A stretch of 64,000 nucleotides of DNA from Lama guanicoe (Eukaryota): positions 3,623,567-3,687,566 of the forward strand of contig MU053629.1 of assembly GCA_013239625.1 (NCBI GenBank). Reading direction: 5' to 3'. The stretch's first letter is position 1. Each line of letters begins with the position of its first letter. The translations under genes were made by a program, and so were the position numbers. The notes beneath the pieces are model-generated. The model was not told where the DNA came from, did not search any database, and was given only the letters and a program-made list of their open reading frames with translations. Shown here piece after piece: positions 40,807 through 52,364 of the stretch.

Positions 40807-42256
40807 TCAGCCTTCTTCTCCCGAGCGCTCCCCAGGGAGGAGAGGTGGGGAAGTCAGCCTTGTGTCCTCTTGGCCCCACGTGCTGTGTCATTTGTAAGGC
40901 AGCACTGGATCTCCCCATGCGCGGGGGAGGCGTTAGGTCTCCATCTTCTTGCCTCCTTGGGGTTTGGGATAGAGTGAATGAAGAGTGGAAGGCCATGCTT
41001 GCTCCTGCCCTCCAGGCTCAGAATTGGTGTGTATGTTGAGGGGAGGGGGCACCACCACTCTGATGTGTAATGACGACCTGTCTTGTCACCTGTGTTGTTG
41101 TTTAGACTAGGGACAAAAATCAAATGAAACACAGTGGAAGCTCTCTTCGCCACCCTCCTCTTAACAAGCTCCCAGGAGCAATGAACACTTCATTTCTTTA
41201 TGTAAAACGCACTAGCAGGCCGCTCTCTGCCATACCCACTCAGTCCGGCGCCCACTGGTTGAACTGTGTGCTTACCAAGAGCCGGTTCGTTCCCCAACCC
41301 ATTTGTACAGTTGTAGCTAGTGTTGAAATGTAAGTAATGTACATCTTTAAATATCAGATACACCGACAAATACGACTGCAAATGAAGTGGTTTTCTCCTC
41401 CCCTCCCCCACGAACACTATGAACACTAGTTAAAAGCCTTGGGAAGACTCAAGACCAAGTCACTAAGAAATATTACTGTCAGATTAGATGAACATTAAAA
41501 CTCGGGGAAATCATCAAACTCTTAAAATTTTATTCAGAGATTATTTTTTAAGTGTCTACGTTTTTACTACACTTTAGAGAATCAGGATTTAGAAATGATA
41601 GGAAACGATAGACATTGTATTATATTCTGGTTCATGTAATAAAAATGAGGTGAGGCTCTTATCTGTGGATCCTTACTCAAAGGCCTTGCCCTATTTTAGA
41701 AGGTGAGTGAATGAATGTATGTTTGTGTATATATTATTGCAAAAATAAAAATTTCAGGTGTACCTTGTTGCTCTGTTTCGATTGGCCTGATTCCTGACCT
41801 GATCACATTGGAGTGTTTCTATTGTTGATTCAGTTTAGAGCCTGGTGATTTTGGTGATTTGCTTTGGTTTCAGTTTAGTGGTTTTAAGAACCAGATTTTA
41901 TTTTGTATATGGTGATGTTAAAACCAACACTAGTGGGACTTTTGAAACTGAAGTTTTAAAGTGGATTAAGGTGGCTCACTCTAGATTTTAGTAGATTCTT
42001 TGGTTCCTCTTGTAGACTCGGAGCACACTGAGGGAGAACTAATTCCCTTTTACAAATGAGGAGACCAGGCCTGGAGAGGTGCGGTGTGTCAGTGGTGCGT
42101 TGTGTGGGGTGGCAGGGACCAGGCCTGGAGAGTTGCGGTGCGGGTGGCGGGGTGCAGGGGCAAAGCCACGGCAGACGGAGCCTTCCCCTGAGCCTCCTCC
42201 GTCAGCGCTCTCTGGCCCCAGAGCTGGAGCTCTCCACAGCAGCCGTGCTACTCTAG

Positions 42257-42529
<273 letters not shown>

Positions 42530-43680
42530 TAAAAAAAAAAAAAGACTGGATCAAGCTTGCCTTGGTAAATAAGTAATTGGATTATCTCCTAGAAGACCTG
42601 GGGGCCTAGGGAAAAGGATGGAACGAAGACTTACTTTTCATTCAATACCCTTTTGTGCTGTTTGGATTTTTTGAACTCAAGTTATCTGTCAGATTATAGA
42701 TAAATATTCATGATGTGTTAGTGATATATTCCTCTCCCCAGACTGGAAAACACAGCAAATGACCCTTCATTAGCTGTGTGCTCTGGAAAGAAAGCTGGGA
42801 TGCCATTCGTTTGCCATTTCTCAAGAGCAGGAGTAGCTGTTTTCTTTCACTTGGCCCCAGGGACACACAAAACACGGATTTCATGTTTCTCTGAGCTCCA
42901 CCCCTGCCAGTGGTTCCCCTTCATCTCCCTGCAGTGTAGCAGCTCGGCTCCCCAACACAGCAGGCAGTCTTTGAGCTGAACATCCCTTCCTGGTGACCCT
43001 GGGTCCTTCCTGAACAGCGAGGCTGGGCTCTTCCATGTTTTGGAGCACTCCATGTTCATTCCTGTCCACATAGTTTTGCTCATGCAATGCCTTCCATCTT
43101 TTCAGTCAGTGCCCATCTTCAAGGGCCACCTCCTGTCTAGCTTTCACTAGCCGTCCCAGCCCACACTGATAACCACTGCTTCCATGTTCTCTGACACTCA
43201 TTGTCCATGGTTCTTTTTAGACACTCAGCCTTATTTGGTCATGATTTCATGTGTCTTTCACCTGTCTCCCCAGCTGAAACAAGGCACTGCATTGGGGGAA
43301 ACGTAGGAGCCCTGAGGCTTGGCTAAATCAGGCTCCTGAGGTCAAGGAGAAATCTCCTAGGCAGCTTGGGTCTGCTGACCCAGTTCCTCAAACCCTTCTA
43401 GTCCCACAAACCTTAAGTATCAACTAAGTCTTCAAGGCCACTCTCCCCTAATCTCTCAGCTCCCAGGTCCTTTGTTTCTTGGGAAGGGTGAATGAACCCC
43501 TACTTCCTCAGTCTCAGCCCCCAGGAGCAGAGGGCCAGCTGGCCCTCCCCTGGTTACAGCTCTTCCAATGCCAACACCTGCCCTGGTATGTTGGCACTCA
43601 GTGCTCTGGTTGGGCAGAATCTTGTTTGTTAAAATTTGCCTGTTTCCTCTATTTCTACCTTTAAGAGCTTAAGCATTTAA

Positions 43681-43956
<276 letters not shown>

Positions 43957-44359
43957 TAGTTGGGTGGCTTTGGGCTAATCTTTGGCTTGGAATGTGACCA
44001 GCACTTCCTTGTTCCTCCCTGGATCCCCATCACTGTCCTGGGCATCTGGGAAGCCTCCATGTAGAACTTGGAATAGCCAAAAAGATGACCGGTTTCCTTC
44101 TGAGGTCCCTGCCTCTTCAAAGAGAGGTGGCAGCGGCCAAGTCTCCCTGGCGAGTGTGCTTAGAGCACATCTCCCAGTTTTCTTGATCCCAAGATTTTGA
44201 TGGAGGTAAAATCTGGTTAGTATAGTTTAAATCCATTTATTACATGTGATATTGTGTGCTGGGTACACAGTTCTGGGGTTATGAAGGTGAGTGAGACAAT
44301 TCCTGCCTTCAGAGAGTTTATAATCTGCTTTAAGAGCTGGGTTAGCAAAACTAGTAATG

Positions 44360-44575
44360 ATAAACTAATATTTATCAAGTGTGTATCATATTGAGCACTG
44401 CCCTAAGCAAATTAATATTCTATTGCATTTTTCCAGCAACCTTATTGAGTTGGATGCATTATCTGCATTTTATAAATAAGGAAACTGAGGCTCAGAGAAA
44501 TGGAATAACTTACCCAAGGTCAAGGAGCTAGGAAGTGGAATTGGTAGAATTTAAACCAAGGCTGTCTGACCCCAG
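44360..44575 (-). mobile_element. MIR SINE
   Basis: CATTTTATAAATAAGGAAACTGAGGCTCAGAGAAATGGAATAACTTACCCAAGGTCA...ATTTAAACCAAGGCTGTCTGAC. Confidence 0.78.
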
Positions 44576-45259
44576 TGCACTTTGTGGAATCTACTAGATA
44601 GTGGTTGAGCCTTGTTTCCATCCTTGTTGGCCAGAATTTCAGAGAGAGGCTGGCTTCATGGTTGCTGTTTTTTCTGTCCCCAGTGGGCAGCGTGGCACAG
44701 GGACTTTGGAATCTGAGACGTTTACTCATATCTCTCTTCTCCACAAAAATCCAAGTGGACACTTTATCTTGTTTGCCACTCTGTCTCCAAAACCGTAGCA
44801 GGTGTTCAATGATTATTTGTTTACAGGTTGTCACCTTCTCATCATGACCTTGGACAAGTTTCTTTATCTTTCTGATTCTCAGTTTTCTCATCTGTAAAAT
44901 AGCCGTTATAATATCTGCTTCATTGTGGTAAGGATTAATTAAAATAAGAGATGTAAGTCTATCAGCACGCTGTCTGACTCAGCACACAACTGCAAACATT
45001 AGCTTTTGCTTTATTCTCACGGAGGCTGACTGTTCAGAGACAAGGGCTAACGTGATTGAGTCCACATACTTCGTGGTTTCTCCGCTTTCAGTCCAGCCTA
45101 GTGTCCCTCAACAACTTTCTCATTTCCTTCCTGCCTCTCTAGACCTACCCTCACCTCTGGAATGAGAGTCCCAGTGCCTGGTCTTAATGAACTCCAGGAG
45201 AGCCCTCTTAGGAGGTTCGTCCCTTGCTGGTGCCCCCAGTGTTTTGAACATCTCTTCTA

Positions 45260-45385
45260 TTTTTTTTGAGGGGGGAGGTAATTAGGTTTATTCATCTATT
45301 TGTTTTTAGAGGAGGTACTGGGGATTGAACCCAGAACACCTCTGCATACTAAACATGCACTCTACCACTTGAGTTATACCCTCCC
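45260..45385 (-). mobile_element. tRNA-derived SINE, Vic-1-like
   Basis: GGGGGAGGTAATTAGGTTTA tail plus GGTACTGGGGATTGAACCCAG...CTCTACCACTTGAGTTATACCCTCCC on the + strand. Confidence 0.85.
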
Positions 45386-47930
45386 GCCTTCTTTCTTCAT
45401 CCCGGATACATAGATACTGATCACAACCTTATGCGCCTTGCCCTTGTCCAGCCTTTCCCTCCTGGAGGAGGAGGTGAAACAGGAGGTGACAAGGGTTGGT
45501 TCCCATCCTCGTGGCCCATTTGTGGTACCTGCAGGTCAGTTGTTTCCCCCCATGGATTTGGCTTTTTGAGGTCCTTCCCCATAAGCCCCAAAGCAGAAGA
45601 TGCTTCTGGAATTACCCTAGGGAGCCTGAGCCTGCTGGAAAACTGGCTGTCAGAGGCTGGGAGGGTCAAATTATTTTGAGGGCCATGTACAGTGTCTGGC
45701 ACCTATTAGGTGATATGCGTTGAATGACTGAATGAAGGAGACGAGGGTCAGGGAGGGCGGAGTCAGGCCTGGGACTCAAGAGAGAGTTAGGGCCTTCTAT
45801 CCCTCGGTGCCCACAGGCCCAGAGGGCAACTGGGACTGTCTGCTAGTGCTAGTGGAGAGAGGAGAGGCTCGGGGCTGGTGAAGATGTGGCCCTGTAAGGA
45901 AACAGTTATGGCCTGAAGTCCAAGCAGCCTTGTCCAGAGCAGCTTTCTGCTCTGGGCCTGGGCACTCTCTGCTCTTCCTCGGTCCCTGAGCAGGTCCTCC
46001 TGTAGGAGCCCCCACGCCTGCCTGTGACAGGAAGGCTCTGACCACTGGCTGCCACTTCTCTTTGGGGATTTCTGCTCTGCCTCAGCTTCCACATTTCAAA
46101 GGTGTTCTCATGTGGAGCTGTGCTTATTAGCCACATCCCAGCTTCTGAGGTTCTTGGGCCCTCTCTGTGTCACAGTCTTTGCATGATGTTCCTCGTCATT
46201 AACATTTTCCCCCAACACTTCATTATGGAAAATTTCAAAAGCACAAGGAGTTGAAGGACTTGTGTGATGTACACTCTAAACCCACCACCTGGATTCTGCA
46301 GTTGTCCCATATTTGCTTTACCACACGCTGTCCACCTGTCCATTGCTCAGATCATATTTCTGGATGCGTTTTAAAGTAAATTTGTCATCAGCGTGCATTG
46401 AGCCCCATCTTCTAAAGCGCTTGGTCAGGGGCTGACCTTTCCTAGAAGTAAGCTGTGTGTGCCTTGCCCAGTCTGGATTTTGAGACCTAAGGGGTGAATG
46501 GATGCTGCCTGATCAGAACAGGAATGTTCTTGTCTTTGGAAGTAAGTTCCTGCTCAGGTGGCAGCTGAGCAACTGGAGAACAGGAGACTCAGGGTTGGTG
46601 TTTGTCATGCAGAAGTAAAAGTTTCTGAGCATTCTCTCTGATTTTTTTTTCCATGAAGCATTTGTCTCTCCTATAGAAAACCTTCACAAAAGCACCACTG
46701 ACTTAGTTAATAATTGGCTTCTAAAAATAAGCACATTTCCAGCAGCCTTAGTCAGTGAAGGCAGGTCCTTGGCAACAGTGAGGTAGACTTGAGGGGTTGT
46801 GAGGTGAGTCTCCAGCAGCGCTGGGCGAGCCTGGCTGCGGTTCATGCTTCTTAAAACCTGCTAATCTCGTTATTCACAGTGTAACTCTTCTTGTCGCTCA
46901 GGAGGAGGATAAAGGGGGACAGCCAGGGTTTCTTCGCGTTTAACAGAAGTGTTTACCGCAGCCCCCAGGGAAAGGGTAAACCAAGACAGTTGTCCTGGCC
47001 GGGGAACCTGAGAACCGCAGACTAGCTCTTCTACCTCGTTTGCGTCAGATTTTGACGGAGTTGCTCTGTTACTCAGTTTTAAATGTACAGTCCATCCTGG
47101 TAATCAGGCCAAGTCTTTCAAACAGAAAGTCTGAAACCTCATTCAGTTGGAAGCAAAATAGAAAGGGCCTGGGAGATGTGCGCTGGAGTGTCTGTTCCCA
47201 CTAGGAAGGGAAACTGAGAGGTGTTGTGGCGTTCCTGGGGGCCTGCTGACTTGGGTGCGGTTCCTTGGGCTGTGGTGCTGTCCTGATTTGGCCACCAGGG
47301 GCCTGTGGCATTGTGAAGGCAACCAGGCTCAAAGGATGACGCAGCCCTAGGCCCGGGTCACAGACTGGGTAGGGCTTTTCCAAGGGCTCTTGGAAAATAA
47401 GTGTGTTCACAGGGGAGTTCTGTTGGGGTCTAGATTAATAATCCCACTCTCCTATCTGTGTGGAGTTAATGGCATATTTGAATTTTAGGTTGAATTTTGA
47501 AATCCTCCCCTGTGCTCCTTGGTTGCCCGACTCACCATTAGGTAGTCGTGTTAGGGAGTTTATCATGCTGGAAAGGCTAATGTATTCAGGGGTGTTAGTG
47601 TACGTTTGAGCACATACCTGAACTGCTTTCTTTTTCCATCAGCATCCGCGATCCAAAGTTGATCAGGATAGAAAGGCATTGGTCCAAACTATGTTTTTAT
47701 AAGCATAGAATTTTTAAGTTGATAATCTATTTTTAGCATTGTTTCAGGTAACATTTCCCAAAAGGTCTTCATCCCTGAATGAGTCTAACTTACTTTCTCA
47801 CCTCCTTTAGAAAGAAAGCAGTGTTATATCTACCTAAATGTGCCTTTGCACAAAACAGGTGCTCACAGAGTATCTGTTAGTTGATTTATAGATTTAATTC
47901 TCCACTTTCATAAGTGAGTTCAGTAATTTA

Positions 47931-48031
47931 TTTATTTGTGTATTTATTTTTAATGGAGGTAACTGGGGATTTAACCCAGGACCTCATGCATGCTAAACAT
48001 GTGCTCTACCCCTGAGCTATACCCACCCTGC
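47931..48031 (-). mobile_element. tRNA-derived SINE, Vic-1-like, with a perfect 16-bp TSD
   Basis: TGAGTTCAGTAATTTA at 47915-47930 and 48032-48047 flanks the SINE body (CCCAGGACCTCATGCATGCTAAACATGTGCTCTACCCCTGAGCTATACCC). Confidence 0.9.
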
Positions 48032-49871
48032 TGAGTTCAGTAATTTAAAAAGGTAAAAAACCTTTATTCATTGTAGAAAATTTATAAACCATAGAAAAGC
48101 ACGAAGGAGAAACTATCATACAACAAAAAATCCCTGACAATCTTATTATCTAGGCTGGAAATAACCATTGGGAACATTTTTGATATTCTGGTCTTCTGTG
48201 AGTATATACACACTTATAAATTTTTATAAAAATTGGATTATTCTCGGTTCTTCTTTTGTTTGTCATATTATTGCTCTATGACCTTGTATTCCATGGCTGC
48301 ATCGTAGCGGCTGGGCAATTTTGGTGGCAGGATGTCTGTGGGAACAGCTTCCTGCTTATCCTACCCAGATCTCGCCCACCTCCAAGGCTCAGCTTCCATG
48401 TCATTCTTGCCGTGAGTCCTTCCCTTGGCCGCTGTGTCCAGGAATCACTTCCTCTCTGAGGACCTGTAGCAATGTCTGTCCTCTTCATTCAGCTGTTTGT
48501 TCCCTGCTTTGTTTCAGAGGAGGATTTAAGGTGCCTAGCCTCTATGAATATGTTCTCTCTCCTTAAGCAGAGTGTATTTTATTCTGTACTTACAGTTTTT
48601 TCCTTTCCTAGTTCCTCACATGTACTTGTGCCTTACACAGAGGTGATTAATAGATGATAGCTGATGACAGTAATTGCCCAGTGTACACAGGACACTTTAG
48701 AAACCCAGTCTGAGTTTGTAGGAATTCTCTCTGCTTCTAGGGTACTTTTATTTTGCAGCTGGTAGTTGGTTACACCCAAAGCCATAGAGGCGTGAACCTA
48801 TTTCTGTCTCAGTGCATAAAGGTTCCTTGAGTGAGCATTTTTTCAAGATCTCAGGTTGAATTGTGGACTCCATGAGTGGGAAGGCCCTTAGATGTGAGCC
48901 CTGCGGAGGCTGGTTTCACACCACACGCATATCCTCTCCTGTGTGCTCCCTTCCCCACCTCTGCCCCAGGCGTGTCATCTCCCCTGATCAGCTCCTTGCT
49001 GATCTCCTTTCTCTCAGCTGCTCTGGTTTGGATACCTTTCCTTCTGCCTCTGTAAAGTCCAGTCTCAGTTCTTTGGTGGGGGTCCACGATCTGGCTGCAA
49101 ATGGCCATTTCCAGCCTGACCCATCACTGCATTTCTTCAAACACCTGCAGTGAACAAAGCACATGTCATCCCAGGAGTACTAAACACTTGAATGCTTCTC
49201 TACTTTTGATCATATTGAAATACCCTGTTCTTTTCTCCCCTTCCTCCTCCCCTTTTCTGGGTGTAGAAATCATACTCATTCTTTGAGCAAGATTTCTGCT
49301 CAAATGCTATCTTCTAAGTGAAGTCAGAATTCTTCCTTCCTTGTTGTGTCTGTTGCACTTTTATTACACATTTATTTGATTTGTTATATTTTATAAAGAG
49401 TTGTATATTGCCTCTAGTAGTTTATAATAAAGTTATTAATGACAAGAACTAGGTCTTTTTTGGTATCTCTATCCCCCAAAGAACCTAACACTGTGCATGT
49501 CACTTTGTAGGGTTTATGGAATTAATTATTGCTTTTTTTTTTGACATTTCCTTTGGATTTTATGAAATATAATTTGTTAGGATAACACCCAATGCAAGTT
49601 GTGACTTATGTGATGGTGATAAAATGGCAAACACTTACTGAGCACTTACTATGGGCTAGACATTGTTCTAAGTGCTTTATATGTATCAGTTTAATGCTTA
49701 TAGTAGTCCTATGATTATTGTAACAGCCTTATGAGTATCATCTCCGTCTTACAAGTTGAGTAATGTGGTCAAAGTCCACAAGATAGTGACAGAGTTGGGG
49801 TGGGGATTTAGACAGTTTGCTGCTAGAGTGTGCATTCCTGCCTGCTACACTGTTCTGTTATTTCAGGATAG

Positions 49872-49990
49872 TGAACCATTGAATTAGTCATTTGATCACT
49901 AAATTAGTCACTTTTGACCACTGAACTAGTAATTTGACCTCTGAATTAGTTATTTGACCACTGAACAAGTAATTTTTGACCACTGAATTT
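49872..49990. repeat. Degenerate minisatellite, ~6 units of ~20 bp, consensus TTTGACCACTGAATTAGT(C/A)A
   Basis: Units: TGAACCATTGAATTAGTCA / TTTGATCACTAAATTAGTCA / CTTTTGACCACTGAACTAGTAA / TTTGACCTCTGAATTAGTTA / TTTGACCACTGAACAAGTAA / TTTTTGACCACTGAATTT. Confidence 0.9.
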
Positions 49991-50206
49991 ATAATTTGTT
50001 TCATGATTATTTGTGGAATTTAAGTTGTTAGTCATTTGGTAGCTCCCACAAGGTTTTGTATTCATATCTTATTTGATGTGCGGAACCAACCAAAGGGTTC
50101 CCTTCTCGGAGGATGCGTCATGTGTGAGATTCACTTTCCTGCTGAAGTTTAACCCTTGAGAGAATAGGAACATTGTCACTAAATGGGCTGGTATTCTTGT
50201 TCTTAG

Positions 50207-50284
50207 GATGGGGGTTCCTTGGATCAAGTCCTGAAGAAAGCTGGAAGAATTCCTGAACAAATTTTAGGAAAAGTTAGCATTGCT
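50207..50284 (+). CDS. MAP2K1: MAP2K1 coding exon 4, aa 147-172
   Basis: Acceptor ttcttgttcttAG| at 50206; reads [26 protein letters not shown]; donor GCT|GTGAGT at 50285; 78 nt, phase 0-0. Not in the ORF track. Confidence 0.98.
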
Positions 50285-50842
50285 GTGAGTATATTGATAA
50301 GTTTTCTTCCAGGTCACTTCATTGACAAGTTTATGAGTCAGTAGGAAGTGGACAAAGAGGAAAGTAGGAAGTCAGCAAACAAAGTTTGTAAGAAAAGTGG
50401 GGTTCTCGCTAGAGTTTTCCCTATTTCTGGATACAGTATTCCCCCCTGCCTCTCACTCACTAGAACTAGAAAAGTATTAAAATCTGTGTCTAGAAAAACA
50501 GGACAGGGTATCCAAAAGAATTCTCAATTTGTAGCATCAGAAAGCCTCTTTTTCGATTGCCAGTTCAGAAAAAATTAATTCAAGCAAAGTATTTTTTTAA
50601 AGTTGTCTAAACTTGCAATAGTCAATTTTGCTTCAAAATAGTGTTTAAATACCATGTTAAAAAAAATGGTTTCTTGATAAGGTTAAAAAATCAAACAAAA
50701 GAAAGAATAAAAAGCAAGGGAAGAAGACAGATTTGTGATGTTAGATGAAATATATTCTAGGTCATTTTAAAGTAGAGAAGTTGAGTATTTTCTAAACACC
50801 ATTCTTTCAGTTTCCACCTTTTTTACCTCTCCTTTCCCCTAG

Positions 50843-50894
50843 GTAATAAAAGGCCTGACGTACCTGAGAGAGAAGCACAAGATTATGCACAGAG
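50843..50894 (+). CDS. MAP2K1: MAP2K1 coding exon 5, aa 173-190 (ends within the HRD motif)
   Basis: Strong pyrimidine tract then cctAG| at 50842; reads VIKGLTYLREKHKIMHR plus the G of Asp190; donor AGAG|GTAAGA at 50895; 52 nt. Confidence 0.98.
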
Positions 50895-51244
50895 GTAAGA
50901 CATTACTTGCTCATTATGTTTTGAATTTTAGCTGAAATCTAAAGATTGTTGCATTCTCTTTTGTGGTTTGTTTTGGTATAAAAGCCACTTAATAGTATTT
51001 TTAATTTTTACTGCAACTCTTTGACTTCTTAGTTTGATGTCTGGAGCAGCAAGAACCACCCTCTCTTTGGTCTGTGGTACACCAGTTACCTGAGGCTGTG
51101 GCAGTCATAGTCACCCTGTAAGCACAGGCCAGATCCCCAGCTAGAACTTAGTTACCCAACCCCCAGTGTCACCGTCTGCCCGCTGGACTAGACTGTGCAC
51201 GGGGCCAGAGCCATGACTGGATCTGGGTTTGACTATAAAACTTT

Positions 51245-51798
51245 GGCTTCTTTTAATCAAGGTATATACACACTTACCTTACAACCACGCCACTATTAGC
51301 TGTTTATTCAAGATAAACAGAAACGTTTGTCCATTACAGACTCATCTACAAGTATTTAAAGCAGCTATATTCATAGTAGAAACAACTAAAATAGTCTTCA
51401 ACAGGCAGAGAGACAAATTCCAGTATATCCATACAATAGGAAATTACTCAGCAATAAAAATGAACAGGCCGCTGACACATGTAATTGTGATGAATGTCAA
51501 AAATACTGATGTTGGATGAAAGAAGCCTGGACAAAGAATAGGACAGACTGTTTCCGTGTATATAAAATGACAGAGAAAACAACACTGATCTGTAGTGACA
51601 GAAAGTAGAGCGTGGTTGCCTGAGGGTTTAGGGAGAGATTAACATCAAAGAAGCATGATGGAACTTTCTGCGGTGATGAAATGTTGTATCTTGATTGTGG
51701 TGGCAGATACACGGGTATATGCATTTATCAAAAGTCGAACTTTCCATTAAAGTGGTTGTATTTTACAGTTTATCTCAATAAAGTTGATTTTAAAAAAA
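51245..51798 (+). mobile_element. Old L1 3' end (sense to MAP2K1)
   Basis: CAGTATATCCATACAATAGGAAATTACTCAGCAATAAAAATGAAC...CTGTAGTGACAGAAAGTAGAGCGTGGTTGCCTG...TATCTCAATAAAGTTGATTTTAAAAAAA. Confidence 0.82.
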
Positions 51799-51803
51799 GA
51801 TGT

Positions 51804-51888
51804 GGGAAGAGGGTAATAGTTCAGTAGTAGAGTACTTAGCATGGACAAGGTCCTGTGTTCTATCCTCGGTATCTCCATTTAAAAAAAC
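51804..51888 (+). mobile_element. tRNA-derived SINE, Vic-1-like, degraded
   Basis: GAGGGTAATAGTTCAGTAGTAGAGTACTTAGCATGGACAAGGTCCTGTGTTCTATCCTCGGTATCTCCATTTAAAAAAA aligns with the other copies. Confidence 0.75.
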
Positions 51889-52112
51889 AGAACGATGAAG
51901 CCAGAGGAAAGACAAATGGAAAACAGTGCTCTCGGCCATGGCCCTTCAGCCGCGATGTGCTAATAGTAACAGGTCTAAGGAGGGAGGGCTGAGGAGGAGA
52001 GGAATTAACTGGTGAAACTGACTGGCCAGCTTGTGAGCCACTACATATTAGGTGATACAGTCTAAATTTTAAAATAGATACTGTTCTTTTAATTTTAAAA
52101 AGTTCAAAAAAT

Positions 52113-52245
52113 TATTTTGTTTTGTTTTGGGGGGAGGTAATTAGGTTACTTATTTATTATTATTATTCTTAACTTAACAGAGGTACTGGGGATTGAACCC
52201 ATGACCGTGTGCATGCACTCTACCACTGAGCTACACCTTCCCCCC
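52113..52245 (-). mobile_element. tRNA-derived SINE, Vic-1-like
   Basis: GGGGGGAGGTAATTAGGTT tail plus GAGGTACTGGGGATTGAACCC...CTCTACCACTGAGCTACACCTTCCCC. Confidence 0.85.
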
Positions 52246-52364
52246 TCATTTTTTTTTAAATTGTAAAAAATATATAACATAAAATGTATCATTTTAACTA
52301 TTTTTAAATGTGCAGTTCAGTGGCATTGAGTACATTCATATTGTTAGGCAACTGCTACCATGAT

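Noticed and set aside
49872..49990. CRISPR-like repeat array
   Set aside because: Units are head-to-tail with no unique spacers, there are no cas genes, and the context is a mammalian intron.
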